Shown here: one piece after another, positions 37,531 through 50,717 of the stretch
Numbering within the stretch: the stretch's first letter is position 1
Layout of the letters: every line of letters starts with the position of its first letter
Assembly (NCBI GenBank): GCA_977020255.1
Contig: CDROCS010000295.1
Location: 62,001 to 126,000 of the forward strand
Length of the DNA: 64,000 nt
DNA from: Obrimoposthia wandeli
Lineage: Eukaryota
Direction: 5' to 3'
The notes under the pieces: model-generated
The model's database searches: none
Told to the model about the DNA's origin: nothing
What the model saw: the letters and a program-made list of their open reading frames with translations, nothing else
Translations under genes and position numbers: made by a program

Positions 37531-37743
37531 ATGAATCCTGTGAAAATATCAAAAGTGCAGAATAAATATCTCATCGAAATTTTAACAACAACTGATATTG
37601 ATCAATTGAAAAATATTTTGGGATTTTACATTCCTGATTATGTATATGAAAGAAATTGTTTCCAGCTTGAAACTGATCCCGGTGTGGATTTTAAAGATGA
37701 TCAAGGATATTTGATTGCTCCAATTCTAGATGAAGAACTATAG
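37531..37743 (+). CDS. Polinton hypothetical protein
   Basis: ATG-initiated 70-aa ORF inside the element near its right end. Confidence 0.35.
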   Translation: MNPVKISKVQNKYLIEILTTTDIDQLKNILGFYIPDYVYERNCFQLETDPGVDFKDDQGYLIAPILDEEL

Positions 37744-38439
37744 AATATCTCAATACGTCTCAATGGATATTTTGCTGATGACGGGAAAATGCAGGCTTCT
37801 CTGGAGTTTGAGTGAAGCCAATATGTTGTTTTATGTTTAATAAATATTTTGAAAAATAATTTTGTCTCGTATTTTGTTTTTTTCTCCTCTAAATTCTAAA
37901 ACTGACATAGATATTTAACATGTAGTAATTTATTAATCTAAAATCTTTCTTAAAAATAGTAGTAATATTTGAAATCTCGTCTGCGAAAAGCCGCCGGGGT
38001 CAATATGGATTCTCGTGGTCTTCTCTAACCACTTTTGAGATTCGTGGTAAAATTTTTAAAAAATGTGGTGCTGGGGGTACCCCCCTTCCTTCCCCCTTTG
38101 GGTGGGATGAAGACACACATACACGAAATTTCACTCCACACACATGCACGAATTTTCACTCCACACACATGCTCGGTTTTAAAGGACAGTAAGGGGGACC
38201 CCCTTCTTTCCCCTTTGGGTGGAATGGAGACACACATACACGAAATTTCACTCTACACACCTGCACGAAATTTCACTCCACACACATGCACGGTTTTAAA
38301 GGACAGTAGGGGGAGGGTGTGGATTAGACCGGACACATCCACCTACTGATAAGATTTAAAAGTACGTGGTACGTTCAAATGTCCCGGGCCTAACAGAGAA
38401 ATAAGAATGTAAACAAATATATTTTTATTTAATGACAAC

Positions 38440-38900
38440 ATGTATTTAGTGTTTCTTTTTCTACATATGACCCATTTTGTTCCACATATTTTCTTCTGGA
38501 AGGCCTCTTCAAATAAATCAGGCTCACATTTATTAAAACGAATTGCGAACGCTGCTGATCAAGTCATTTCTGGTGTTGAACCTTATACCTCTCAACTGTC
38601 TCTTCATATGCCGGAACATGTCGTAGTCACTAGGTGCAAGGTCTGGGCTGTAAGGGAGATGATTCAGTAGAGTAAAGCCCATATCCGAAATTGTCTGTCC
38701 TGTGAGGTTTGCAGTGTGAACTGGCGCATTATTCTGCAATAGCCACAATGGAGTGTTTCTGGGTTTGCGTTTGTTCGGTCGGGTGATCGCCACAAGTTTA
38801 CTGTAGTATGCTGCGTTGGTGGTGATGTCCTATAACACCATTTGTATCCCAAAACACTGATATCATGGTTTCTTTTCGATGATTGTCCCCAATCTCATTT
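38440..38900 (-). pseudogene. mariner transposase remnant
   Basis: LLQNNAPVHTA...HLPYSPDLAPSDYDMFRHMK (mariner YSPDLAPSD motif). Confidence 0.9.
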
Positions 38901-39189
38901 TATAGGGTTGCTCATTGGGAAATATTTTCATGAGAATTCACGACGAGATTCTTGTAAACACATACACAGAGTCGTTCCTTAAGTTGTTACAATGTAACTT
39001 AGGAAACGGTCACCCACTGTTCATAAAGTTGCTAGTTTTCAAGACTGCAGTCCAATCGATGATTCATCCTTTCCTCAGTCAAAAACCTGGGCACAAGTCA
39101 GAAACATAGCTTTCGAACACCCATATCCTAATATCAATGATGTATTTGCATTCTATTTCAAATGTCGAATTGTGAGCCAACAAAATAAC

Positions 39190-40043
39190 ATTGGCGGGAA
39201 GTTCTATTTAATATTTTATTTTGAAGAAAACTGCTGCTGAAAGTCATCGTTTAGTTGTGGGCGTTTATGGTGACAATGTTTCATTCGAAAGAAGTTGTAG
39301 AGATGTATTGCAACGACTTAGAAATGAGGATTTTGATGTGAAAGACAAAGCATAAAAAATAGAAGACGAGAAAATATCAAGTCAAACACTGAAAGAGCTC
39401 TAAGCTTCATTAATTGTTGATGAAGTGATTCAAAGATAGGGAAATATGCTACCACAAAATTTGAATAAAGATAAATTGGAATGTGTTTATGTAAGTGTGA
39501 AATTTGGCTTTAAAAGCAGAAACAGAAGACATGTTTGCCCTGAATTGCAAAGGCAAGAAAAACAGATTTATTACGATAATCCAAGGAAAGGAGAGTCATG
39601 GATGGAACCAGGTCAGCTATCAACATCAATGCTAAATACTCATACAATTAAGTTTATGCTGTGTATTTGGTGGGATCTTAAAAAAGGATCTTTGTATTAT
39701 GAGCTGCCGGAACCGTCTGCAACTATCAGTGGTGATCACTACAAAGAATAATTAGACAATTTGAGTCAAGAACGTGACAATGGTAGGACTGCTTTGATGG
39801 GTCGAGCTGCGTCACCCACCGAATTCGCCAGACATTGCTCCATCAGATTTTCATACATTTTGGATGATGTACTCCAGATACCAAAATTTGTCTTGGTGAC
39901 TGAATAAATGTTAGAAATAATATTTATTTTTTCGTGGAATTTATTTAATACCGAAAAAGTGATTGTTAGCGAGGAAAACTATTTTGAAAAAAATATTGTT
40001 ATTTTATTTTGAAAACTGCGGTAACTTATTCAAGTACCCAATA
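39190..40043 (+). pseudogene. Mos1-like mariner remnant with right TIR
   Basis: KKTAAESHRL (HTH), IYYDNPR...SWMEPGQ...MLCIWWD...YYEL, HPPNSPDIAPSDFH; end aacttattcaagtacccaa-TA. Confidence 0.85.
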
Positions 40044-40619
40044 CTTCGTTTCTTCAGATACACATTTATGGTTTAGTTGTTAGAGTAGTATTGAAGTTTT
40101 AATATAGACTTTGAGTAACCTTGTATATTAATTTTGTTACATTGTATTTTTAGAGTAGAACAATACGTTTTTAAAATAAAGTTGAGCAGAAAAAGAACAA
40201 AAGAATACGAGATTTTCTAAACCGAGGCGGTCAAAAATTATGACACATATGTTGGGAATTAAAATATTACAATTTAAATTTAAATCAATTTATCGAAGTG
40301 CCCACAGTCGAACAGCAATTTTTGTCAGTGATGTTCAGGTTTTATCTTGTGCTTCGCGGTAGGAAAATTGCCCGCAAAGTAGGAGATAACACAAAAGAAA
40401 TGACTGCATCCTCTATCGATTTTTCTGCCTATCCAATTTTAAGTGCACTACATACACACACATGTTATTTTACTGCTTCTATCTGTGTAGTGGTGCCGAT
40501 TTATGTGTGTGTCTACAAATTTATGTAATGTCACTTATGATAGAAAAATTAATTTAAAATTGTTTGTCATATAAAAATTTGATATAATTTCTAAAACTAC
40601 TTTTTTAAATTGCTACAGA

Positions 40620-40930
40620 AAAGAAGAATTATTGCTGATCATATTTATTACAGTTATTACAAAAAACAGAGAATATTACTGACAATATTTATTATTGTTA
40701 TTACAGAATACAGAAATTATTGCTGACCATAATTATTACAGAATACAGAAATTATTGCTGACCATAATTATTACGGTTATTACAGAAAATCAAAATTATT
40801 GCTGACCATTGTTATTGCATTTACTGATTAAAACAGAATTTTAACTGATCATTATTTTATTGTTATTGCTGAAAATATAATTTTTCTGATCATTATTTGT
40901 TGCTGTTATTACTGAAAACATAAATTATTG
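40620..40930. repeat. Degenerate AT-rich tandem repeat (~36-45 bp)
   Basis: Recurring acagaaattattgctgaccataattattac-type units. Confidence 0.7.
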
Positions 40931-40979
40931 CTAATGAATTAGTTGGAAATAATAATCAAATATAACACATACACTATAT

Positions 40980-41285
40980 CAGGGGTTCCGAAAGAGGGTT
41001 TCATAGACAAAGTTGGGGGGTCTGCGAGGTGAAATTTGATAAAAAAGAAATTTACAAAGTTGGCATTAACGTTACTCGCCACTACCTCTCAGGACATAGG
41101 CTCACTATAACTACTTAATAAATACTTCATAAATTTAACTTTTTTTTTTTTTTTTTTTCAATATAAATAAGTTTTATTTTTATTCTTCACTTTATGGTTT
41201 TAAGTATTTTTAAATATGTAGGGGTTCCAATATTTTTTAAATAATACTAAAGGGTTCTGCGGCCACAAAAGTTCGGGAACCACTG
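40980..41285. mobile_element. hAT-type MITE (306 bp)
   Basis: TIRs CAGGGGTTCCGAA and GTTCGGGAACCACTG; perfect 8-bp TSD cactatat at 40972-40979 and 41286-41293. Confidence 0.9.
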
Positions 41286-43829
41286 CACTATATCAAGATA
41301 CTCCGCATAATCATATCTAGCACACCTTAGTGCATTTCCCACTTCTTTTCTGATATTGATTCTAAATGTTTGGTTTGTTTAACACCCAAAAATAATGATT
41401 AGTTTATCTTTCATTTGCATCAAAATCGAATAAACGCATGGAAAATACACAAACTACAGGGAGATTGGCAATTTTACTAAAAAATTAAAAATACGACTGA
41501 TTAAATCAAATTTTTGAAATAAATTACGTTTGCATTAATAGTTTATATAAAACTATTTTTAATCATTTCTCAAATTTTAACTAAATTTTGTGAATAGAAA
41601 TTCGTGCATAAAAAGAATTGCCCAAAATCCCATTGAAAACACGCACCCGTTGAAAAATCAATTAATTCACAATGGAAATCCATTACGACGTTGATGTGGT
41701 TTTCGTATCAACTTATAATTATATTAAAAAGTACATGATTATTAAATTTATCAATACTTCATAAATTAAAAGAAAGTGATTTTTAATTTTATTCACTTTC
41801 TTTATCTGATTGGTAAAGTTTTTCTAACTTGATTGTTAATTTTATTGTTATGTTACACTCGTTGTACTTTGATTAGTTAAATAGAGAGAAATAATAAGTG
41901 AGTATCTTATTATGTGTGTGTGTGCAAACACACAGATAGCTGTAGATAGTTGTATTAATATTTTTAGAGGATATTCATTTCAAATTTACGACATCCAGTT
42001 TTTATTTTAAATAATTGATGAGAAATGTTTTATTTCTCTACATTAAATTGTGCACAGTTCCCGTGTTGGCGTATCCCATAATTTAGGCACTTCCAACATA
42101 ATCTGGACCATTTTCATATGGCTTTTGTTCTCTAAACGTTTTCTTGGAAAAACTATAATTGATCATTTAAGAATCAAACATGGCTACTGTTTTATTGGAT
42201 TCTCCCGACGAAACATCGTCGAAAATAAAGTTATATTTTTGGTTACCAATTCGAAGTGAGAATTTTGAGTTAAATTTTAAATAAAATAATAATAAATTTT
42301 TAATTGAACAAACAAAATAAAAATATAAACTTCATATAAACAAAACGGTAAATTTAATACACTGAGAAACAATATTTATCGAACTGCAGAAAATAGGAAA
42401 GCACAACAGCGAAATTCTGTGGGTCCTAGTTAGTCAAAGCTGGTCTAAATAATGGACCAATAAATAACACAGCTGGACGGTCGTGTGTTTTGTGAAGATG
42501 ATGCACCTACTAAAGGGTTTCTGACATTGATCCAACTGTTTCTGCTGACGAATATATCCACTTTGAAAATGCTGTTAGTGACAATGACAACAAAACAGAT
42601 GACAGTATAGAAATAATGAAGAAAGTGATTTGAACAGATTGTTTGGTTCAACTTTAGATCAATAGAAATGTACGCAAGTAAAAACTGTAAGTAAATTTAT
42701 TAAAAAAACTTTATATTCCATAACAATCAGGTGTGGATAAACGCTGAGCTGATTTGACATTCCTTTCATTAGCTAAATTAGCAAGTTCATCAATATTTCG
42801 ATGAAAGTTTAACTGTTGTGTCAGAGAGAAAACGTCATAAAGAGGTTCTAAACGTCTACAATAACCGCTCATATTTCTAGTTTTAGTCGCTCGCTTCTGG
42901 TGTTGAAGTTGTCGAAATAAATGCATCACAGAGGAAATTTATATCATCTTAGAGGCCGCTATTTGATATAAATAGTCCCTAAAAATTATGGCAAGTTCCG
43001 GTTTAGCAATATTTCACTAAGTTTTCGTAATTTACATTGGTGCATGATTGATCCTACTTTCTGATCTGTTTTTTTCTGACAGATGGGCTAGCCAGAATTC
43101 TATGATCTTGAGTTAAAATGTTGCGTCGTCACTCGTTCAGTATGTATATTTGTGTTTATGTATATTTAGACAACTACAAAAATATTTTGTCAGCATTGAT
43201 TTGTTTTCCACAATGGGAACGTTAGGGAATATCATTTTTCTCACTTTTATTTTGCTTGTTTTGCTGAAAATAATAAAATACTGAAATAATATATAATTAC
43301 AAATGAAATGTTTAAATTTCCACCTTAAATCTATATTCGATTATCAAAAGTTTATAACAATTAAATTATAAAATGAAATAGAAACATAAGTTATACCATT
43401 TTTGTATATAAATAAAACTAAAAAAGCTTTATTAATGCTTTTCAATTAATTTGAAGTTTAAATTATTTTTTGTAACATTTATTTATTTAACTTATATTAT
43501 AACTTTCAAAATATTCACTCTTTTATAGATGTATTTAGGAAATTTTAAGGATGAACAACGTCGTTATTTTAATATTATTAACCTATAATAAGATTGAAGA
43601 ATCCACAAAATATTTTTTATCAAATATTGTTCTATAATAAATAATTTTTCTATAAATTCCATCATTAAAAAAAGTTCTCTACACATCGGCATTTCATAAT
43701 CCGCATCCGTGGTGCTTTAATTAAATAAAGATAAAATCAGTATAGACATTTTTCATGATACACTTCAGTGACTGTGAGATATATTTTGATTCTTCTTGCA
43801 ATAACCTCCCTAACTTCATTTCAAATTTA

Positions 43830-43990
43830 TGATTGAAATAATTTTAATTTAGGTGAATTAGGTTAAATGATTTGGTAAGAGATTTGAATCTTTCTAAACG
43901 GCAGGCTGAAATACTTGGCTCACTTTTGCAACAAGGGAATCGATTAGAAACCAATAAAATAATTTCATGTTTTCCCAACAGATCGTACCT
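43830..43990 (+). pseudogene. DNA transposase remnant, possibly CMC/Chapaev-like
   Basis: LNDLVRDLNLSKRQAEILGSLLQQGNRL resembles the recurrent LVRDLxLSKxxAELLGSRL transposase motif; the superfamily assignment is from memory. Confidence 0.4.
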
Positions 43991-46279
43991 GATAATTAGT
44001 GTTATAACTCAATATACCGTTTTATATGTATATATGTCACATCGTTATTCTGTGTATAAAATGTTTTCTGAACATGCCAATATCACAAAATTCCAAAGAG
44101 ATGAGTTTTTTAAAAATAACAATAAAATAAAAAAATTATCCGGAAATGAAAATTTACCGATGATTGGAAAATCATGACAGTGTAATTATTTTTAATAAGC
44201 TACGCTTGACCATGTATGAGCCCTATCATCTTACTAATGAAAATTTAGATTTTCACGATAAATATTATATATTGTAGTTTTAATCTTTATACAATATAAG
44301 CAATGTAAAGTGCGTCAAAAACTTTATAAATATTAATAAAACTAATTTTTTATTGAGATAAACCTATAATAAACCTACCGATCTTTTTGAAAAATTCGAT
44401 TTTAAATGTTCCTTCGGTTTTTGTGGGAAACTTTACATGAAATTTAAATATGTTAAAGATAACAGAAATGCTAATGTTTTATGAAAGAAATATTTCATTG
44501 TAGTTTTGTTTAACCATAGTAATAAAAAAGAAATATAAAATTTCAAAAATTAAATAGTCTTAAAAATATATTTCAACGACATAAACTGAAACAACGGCCA
44601 AAAATATTATAATTAATATTTATTCTATCAACAACTTTCCATACTTTTCAACAACTTTTATATCATTTATCCCATTTTTTAATAATTCCCTTTTGAGACT
44701 GTCATCGAATTTATAATTTGAATTATCCGTGTAAATTATTTTTGAAAATATTTTCTAATGCCTTATAAATATAATCTAGAGTATATTTAACAACGTGTGG
44801 TCTTGCATTATGTTTCTGAAAGCTAGACTTCTGAGGCATGCCTTAATTTATAAGATGCTCCGTTAATAAATATCCATGTATCCAGAATTTTGTATCATAC
44901 CCGATTTTTTAACCTTTCGCAAACCTTTTAAAATTATATTACCTATTATAATATAATCAATATCACTAGAAAGAAATGTACAAATAATTTTACTAGGGAC
45001 AAATTAAACTTAATTAAATTATTAATAGACTTAAAGAAAACCTCAACGAAATAATTTTATTAAGTATCGTAAAAGTTTTTTCAATTCATATTTCAAGTTA
45101 TTAAAGAATAATTTTGACGTTAGTGTAAAATGCTGATTGGGAGTTCTTTGAGCGGCGATCATTTACATGTTTTCCTGTTTTATCTAAATTTAAATATAAA
45201 ATTAGTAACAAATTAACAACATCAATTAAAAGAAAAAATATTTGTTAAACTGATTCTTATTTCAGCAAAAAAACTCAAGTTCGGGAAAAGATTTCCCAAT
45301 GTTCATTTTGATGCATCTGGATCTTTTTGGGTTAATTTTTCTTTCCAAATTAACAAATTTCTTTGCTAAATAATTAATTCGTTCTTCCGAAATTTGTTTT
45401 GATGGTAAAAATAATTAATTTCATTAATTTTGCTCGAAATTATTGAGGCTACAAATTAATTTGGTGCAGTGCGGTTTATAAGAGAATTTATCATACTAAA
45501 CTATAACACATTATCTTAACCCGATTTTTGCTTACATTTCTCGAATACTTCGAATAATGAATCAAAACCTTTCTAAATTACAGCACAACTTATATAGGTA
45601 TCTGATATTTTGTCTAGAAATTCCGTTTAATTATTTTATTACTTTAAAATTACAAATTATTTACAAGAATTAATTCACAATTCACAATATACATAATCTA
45701 AATAAAGAACTTAAGTTGAATTTCGGTTTTTCACTTTTTCTATAATCTTATTAAAACCTTGAGTGATGGAATATGTGAATTTTATGATCCGAATCTTTAC
45801 AGAAATTTACTGATGGGTATGAGAAACTGTGGCAATGTTGAGCCTGGTGCAGTGAGCATGTATATGCATTTTAGGAGTAACAAAATAATAATGAAAAAAA
45901 AGGAATCGATATGAATTCATAAATTATTTAGTACTGTATTAAATATATTATTGTTATTTGTTGTTTTTGTTAAATTGCTGAAAAATACCCAGTTTTATAT
46001 GAAAAACATAAAATGTAAACTTTCCCTTGGAATGAAGGGTATGTTGTAGTTACTTTGTAGATATTTTCAATACCCTGTTTTTGTGTTACTAAATATGGCT
46101 CGCTAAAGTAAAAATAACAGATTTTTAAAGGGTTAGAGATTCATTTTCTTGCATTTCACTACAGGACATTAAGAATTGTTTTTAGTTACTACTTATTTCA
46201 GAAAAATATCCCTTTCAATAAATGCTATTTGCGGGCTTTAAATCGTTGCACTGGTGCTAGTAGTGTGTAAAATATGATC

Positions 46280-46440
46280 TTAATTTTGTCTCCAACGTCT
46301 TACAGTAGGTATTTGTAGCACACCTATCTTTTTCTTACCATGGATTTGCCAAGATCAAAGTGTTTAGCAGCTGCTATGTTTGAAGAATTGTCACGAATTC
46401 TATGGCTGCTATTTTATGATAAAAGAAATATGTTTTCGCG
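46280..46440 (-). pseudogene. pogo-like HTH remnant
   Basis: Fragments KIAAIEF and SSNIAAAKHFDLGKSMVRK resemble Brinker/pogo DNA-binding HTH domains. Confidence 0.4.
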
Positions 46441-47213
46441 ACTTTCGATTTTTCATTTAAGCAATAGACAGGTTTTCTAACTTTGAATTTAAGCAAATGA
46501 GATTCTCTAATAAGCCGCGGCACTTAACATTGAATTAAAACGTGTTGATAATGAAAAGACTCTAATTATCTGTGGCTTTTTAATGTGGTGCAGCTAGTAG
46601 TGCAAAACCAGGGTAACCATTCTTAGTTTGAAATAAAATATAAAACCTTCATATATTAATGACCACAGGCGATCATCATAATTTATGAGTTCTAACACTC
46701 TTTCCCATAAGCCTTTAGCGTTGTGCGTCATTGATTCCTTTGATACATAAAATCGGCTCTTAGACTTGTTGAAGACGAAATAATGAATACACACCAGTCT
46801 TTCTGATTGTTTTCAACTTTTAGTGCAACCATGCCCTTCATTATATCATTGCTGAATCAAATTGTATCTTTAATTGTACAACAAGTCTATAAAAGCAGAG
46901 TTACGGTATTGAATCGATCTAGCATACACATTTTTGGATATTGTTTTTACTTCATCATCGCAGTGTATCAAAGTTCGGCATTTGAGACCATATAACAACG
47001 TAAAGCTAAATCCTCATGTTTATTCGATCTAGAAACTCGATTACTTTTGAGAAAGTTTGTGCAAATATATCAATTACCTTTCATATGAGTTGGACATTCC
47101 GTTCAAATCGCAGGTCTACTAAATGAGATTTCATTTGAATTGTCATTTGGATATTTTGTCAATTAGCTTTGACAGTTTGAACATATGAAATTGGGTGTGG
47201 AATCTTTTACAAA

Positions 47214-49243
47214 TGTTAAGATTAGGTTTTAAATAATATTAAAATAATTAATCTATTTATATTAAAATAAAAATCCTTGAAAGCAAGGTTATAATTAAAA
47301 ATAAAATTAAATTATAAAAGTAAATTCTTAAGAATAAAATTAGCGGGAAAATATTAGGACCACGAAGGTCATGTGTAAGCATGTGAGGTATATAAAGAAG
47401 TTAAAGTTAACCAAAAGGGCCCCCGAAAACGTTATAGAAGGTTAATTAAGAAACAGAGAAACGGAATTAAGAATAAGAAGAATTTGATTAAGAAGAAACA
47501 GAAGCAGGAAGAAAGGAAATCAATTAGCCAGAAATCAAATTGTCCATTAAGTCTAGACGGATTATAACGGCAGGCCTCAATCCCACGAGTCCATTAGCAG
47601 ACAGAGACAGTCGAATCGGATCGCAACAGGGCCACGATTCGTATAAAAAAGGAATTGGCTACAATTCATTGCACAACAAAAAAGAAACCAAAAAATATAA
47701 ATCAGAATTGTCAGTTAGATCGAAATTGATAACTTGATTTTCAGAAAAAGTATCAAAGAAGTAACGTGATCTCAGAAGTTCAGACAGACAGAATAAATCG
47801 AAATTGATAAAGAACTGTAGAAGACAAGCCGTGGAAAGGTTATAATTTATATAAAATTGAAACTGAAAAGAGTTTTAGAAACAGGAAGCAGCTAAGCTAT
47901 ATTGCTCAGAATCGACAAGTGGCACCGGAAGGAAAACAGCTATTCCAAAGGAAAGGCCAAATCAACGAACTAACAGAGATCGGAAGCACCTCAACCATCA
48001 GAACAATCAGGCAAGGATCTTTTGCCAGCAACTGACTTCGCGGATCAACACCAGTACTCAAATAAAGGTATAAAAAGACTAAGGAAGTAAAGTATCATTG
48101 TTAATTTGAAATTTTGGGAATATTTGATAAAAACTAAAGAAGTAAAATATCATTCTTAAATTGAGATTTTGTAAAGGGTTTTGATAAAAACTAAAGAAGT
48201 AAAATATCATTCTTAATTTGAGATTTTGTGAAGATTTTGATAAAAACTAAAGAAGTAAAATATCATTCTTAAATTGAGATTTTGTAAAGGGTTTTGATAA
48301 AAACTAAAGAAGTAAAATATCATTCTTAATTTGAGATTTTGTGAAGATTTTGATAAAAACTAAAGAAGTAAAATATCATTCTTAAATTGAGATTTTGTAA
48401 AGGGTTTTGATAAAAACTAAAGAAGTAAAATATCATTCATAAATTGAGATTTTGTAAAGGTTTCGATAAAAACTAAAGAAGTAAAATATCATTCATAAAT
48501 TGAGATTTTGTAAAGGTTTCGATAAAAACTAAAGAAGTAAAATATCATTGTTAAATTGAAATTTTGGAAATATTTTGATAAAAAACTAAAGAAGTAAAAT
48601 ATCATTGTTAAATTGAAATTTTGGGAAATTTTGATAAGAACTAAAGAAGTAAAATATCATTCGTAAATTGAAATTTTGTGAAGATTTGATAAAAACTAAA
48701 GAAGTAAAATATCATTGTTAAATTGAAATTTTGTGAATATTTTGATAAGAAGTAAAGAGAACGAAAACCGAAATTTACACCGTGAATAAACTAATTCCCT
48801 ATTTTAGAGCAACCTGCTCTCAAAAATTAATTCATATTTTCGAGCCAACAGCACTTCCAAAAGATCTACTACCTAAACCTTGTCGCATTTTAGAGTAAAG
48901 ACTCTCATAAAATAAATCACCCTAAAGTAAAATCGATACGTGGTTCATCCCCACTTGTGTAGAGACTTACAGAAGTCTTAGGAATTGTATTGTAATTTTT
49001 AGAACGTACTTAGACGTGTTAATTTAGTGTGCTTAGTAATAAACGATTTCCTACAACCAGAAAGCGTTTTTTAGACCCTTCAGAGTAAGAAACAACAAAC
49101 CTTCAGATAAGAATTGAGACAGGCAAGCATAACATTAAGTAGGCCACAAACATCTACAAGTCCTGCTTCTATAGAACTCACGTTGGGGCCCTCCACTAAA
49201 GAGGATCTATTTTAGAACACAGTTTCATATATAAACCCCAACA
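47214..49243 (+). mobile_element. 5' LTR (~2 kb)
   Basis: TGTT...AACA ends (left boundary inferred), TATATAAA near 47389, several AATAAA; the 3' part is homologous to 20590-21000 and is followed by the PBS. Confidence 0.7.
48071..48755. repeat. ~58-60 bp tandem array (about 11 copies) inside the LTR
   Basis: Unit aaaactaaagaagtaaaatatcattcttaaattgagattttgtaaagggttttgata with variants. Confidence 0.95.
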
Positions 49244-49251
49244 TATTAAAT

Positions 49252-49269
49252 TGGTGCCCCGAGTGAGGA
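49252..49269 (+). promoter_or_regulatory. Primer-binding site, elongator tRNA-Met-like
   Basis: TGGTGCCCCGAGTGAGGA is complementary to a tRNA 3' end ...UCCUCACUCGGGGCACCA, as recalled for metazoan elongator tRNA-Met; it lies 8 nt after the inferred LTR end. Confidence 0.75.
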
Positions 49270-49361
49270 TAGCTCGTCGGACACAGCGACTTCACGTAGA
49301 ATAAGAAAGCAAATTGAGAATAAGTTACAGAAGAGGAAGATATCAGCAAATTGAGATAAGA

Positions 49362-50177
49362 GAATTGATAAAGTTTGAGAATCGAGTAGATTTGTTCCTC
49401 GAATTAAGTAATTTGATAAAGTTTGAGAATCGAGTAGATTTGTTCCTCGAATTAAGTAATTTGGATAAATTTGTGAATCGAGTAGATTTGTTCCTCGAAT
49501 TAAGTAATTTGGATAAATTTGTGAATCGAGTAGATTTGTTCCTCGAATTAAGTAATTTGGATAGATTTGTGAATCGAGTAGATTTGTTCCTCGAATTAAG
49601 TAATTTGATAAAGTTTGAGAATCGAGTAGATTTGTTCCTCGAATTAAGTAATTTGGATAAATTTGTGAATCGAGTAGATTTGTTCCTCGAATTAAGTAAT
49701 TTGATAAAGTTTGAGAATCGAGTAGATTTGTTCCTCGAATTAAGTAATTTGATAAAGTTTGAGAATCGAGTAGATTTGTTCCTCGAATTAAGTAATTTGA
49801 TAAATTTGTGAATCGAGTAGATTTGTTCCTCGAATTAAGTAATTTGATAAAGTTTGAGAATCGAGTAGATTTGTTCCTCGAATTAAGTAATTTGATAAAG
49901 TTTGAGAATCGAGTAGATTTGTTCCTCGAATTAAGTAATTTGATAAAGTTTGAGAATCGAGTAGATTTGTTCCTCGAATTAAGTAATTTGGATAAATTTG
50001 TGAATCGAGTAGATTTGTTCCTCGAATTAAGTAATTTGATAAAGTTTGAGAATCGAGTAGATTTGTTCCTCGAATTAAGTAATTTGGATAAATTTGTGAA
50101 TCGAGTAGATTTGTTCCTCGAATTAAGTAATTTGGATAAATTTGTGAATCGAGTAGATTTGTTACTCGAAGTAATTA
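49362..50177. repeat. 48-bp tandem array (about 17 copies, two variants) in the 5' leader
   Basis: Variant A ttgataaagtttgagaatcgagtagatttgttcctcgaattaagtaat and variant B ttggataaatttgtgaatcgagtagatttgttcctcgaattaagtaat. Confidence 0.97.
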
Positions 50178-50717
50178 ATTGAATAGGTTAAGTCGAGTGA
50201 CGAGTCCTCGAATTAAATAAATTGATATAAGAAATCTTAAAATAAGAATTGTGAAATAAGATAAAAGTAATAAGTAAATTGATATCGTAAACGAATACAT
50301 AATTGATAAAACAACGAATAATAAAAAGGGACCAGCGTTTAATACTAGAAGACAAAGTCAGTTTCCACAGGAAGAGATAAAAAATAATAATTTAAGCCGA
50401 ATTGAACAGGTTCCTCAAAAAGATAAAAAAGTAATAGAAGAAGCTAGAATCGAAGAAAACGTATCAGAAAGAGACGTAAATCAATCAGCAGTTTCAACCG
50501 ACAGTTTTGATCTGACTGAATTGTTTGGTGAAATAAACCAAGAAGAAATTGAAATTATTGAAGTTCAAAACCCAGAAGAAATTGAAATTGCCAATCCAGC
50601 AGCGGTTGAGGAAGTTCAATTGAATAATATTGAAGAAATAGTTGAGGAGGACATAGCTGAAAATATGGCTCACGCAGGAGCTCAAGCAGGTAATAACCCA
50701 GGAATAATGTAGGAGGA

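Larger units (their letters stand above)
29216..38347. mobile_element. Polinton/Maverick, 9.1 kb, decayed and probably internally deleted
   Basis: TIRs AGTAGGTGGATGTGTCCGGTCTAATCCA... and ...TGGATTAGACCGGACACATCCACCTACT; 6-bp TSD gataag at 29210-29215 and 38348-38353; pPolB, protease, MCP, mCP, integrase and ATPase present. Confidence 0.97.

Noticed and set aside
1-47000. Uni-strand piRNA-cluster-like orientation bias of TE fragments
   Set aside because: Several remnants are on the minus strand, but MULE, mariner and Chapaev-like remnants are on the plus strand; the bias is not convincing without small-RNA data.
20590-49243. Treating the two LTRs as the two ends of one provirus
   Set aside because: They are in opposite orientations, have different internal arrays and share no TSD; they are separate insertions of related elements.
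48071-50177. CRISPR-like repeat arrays
   Set aside because: Head-to-tail repeats without unique spacers, no cas genes, and a eukaryotic TE context.
49314-50182. ORFs encoding (LIKFENRVDLFLELSN)n, superficially leucine-rich repeats
   Set aside because: The frame is open only because the unit is 48 bp. It lacks a proper ATG at the start, spacing does not fit LxxLxLxxN, and a 47-bp unit breaks the frame.
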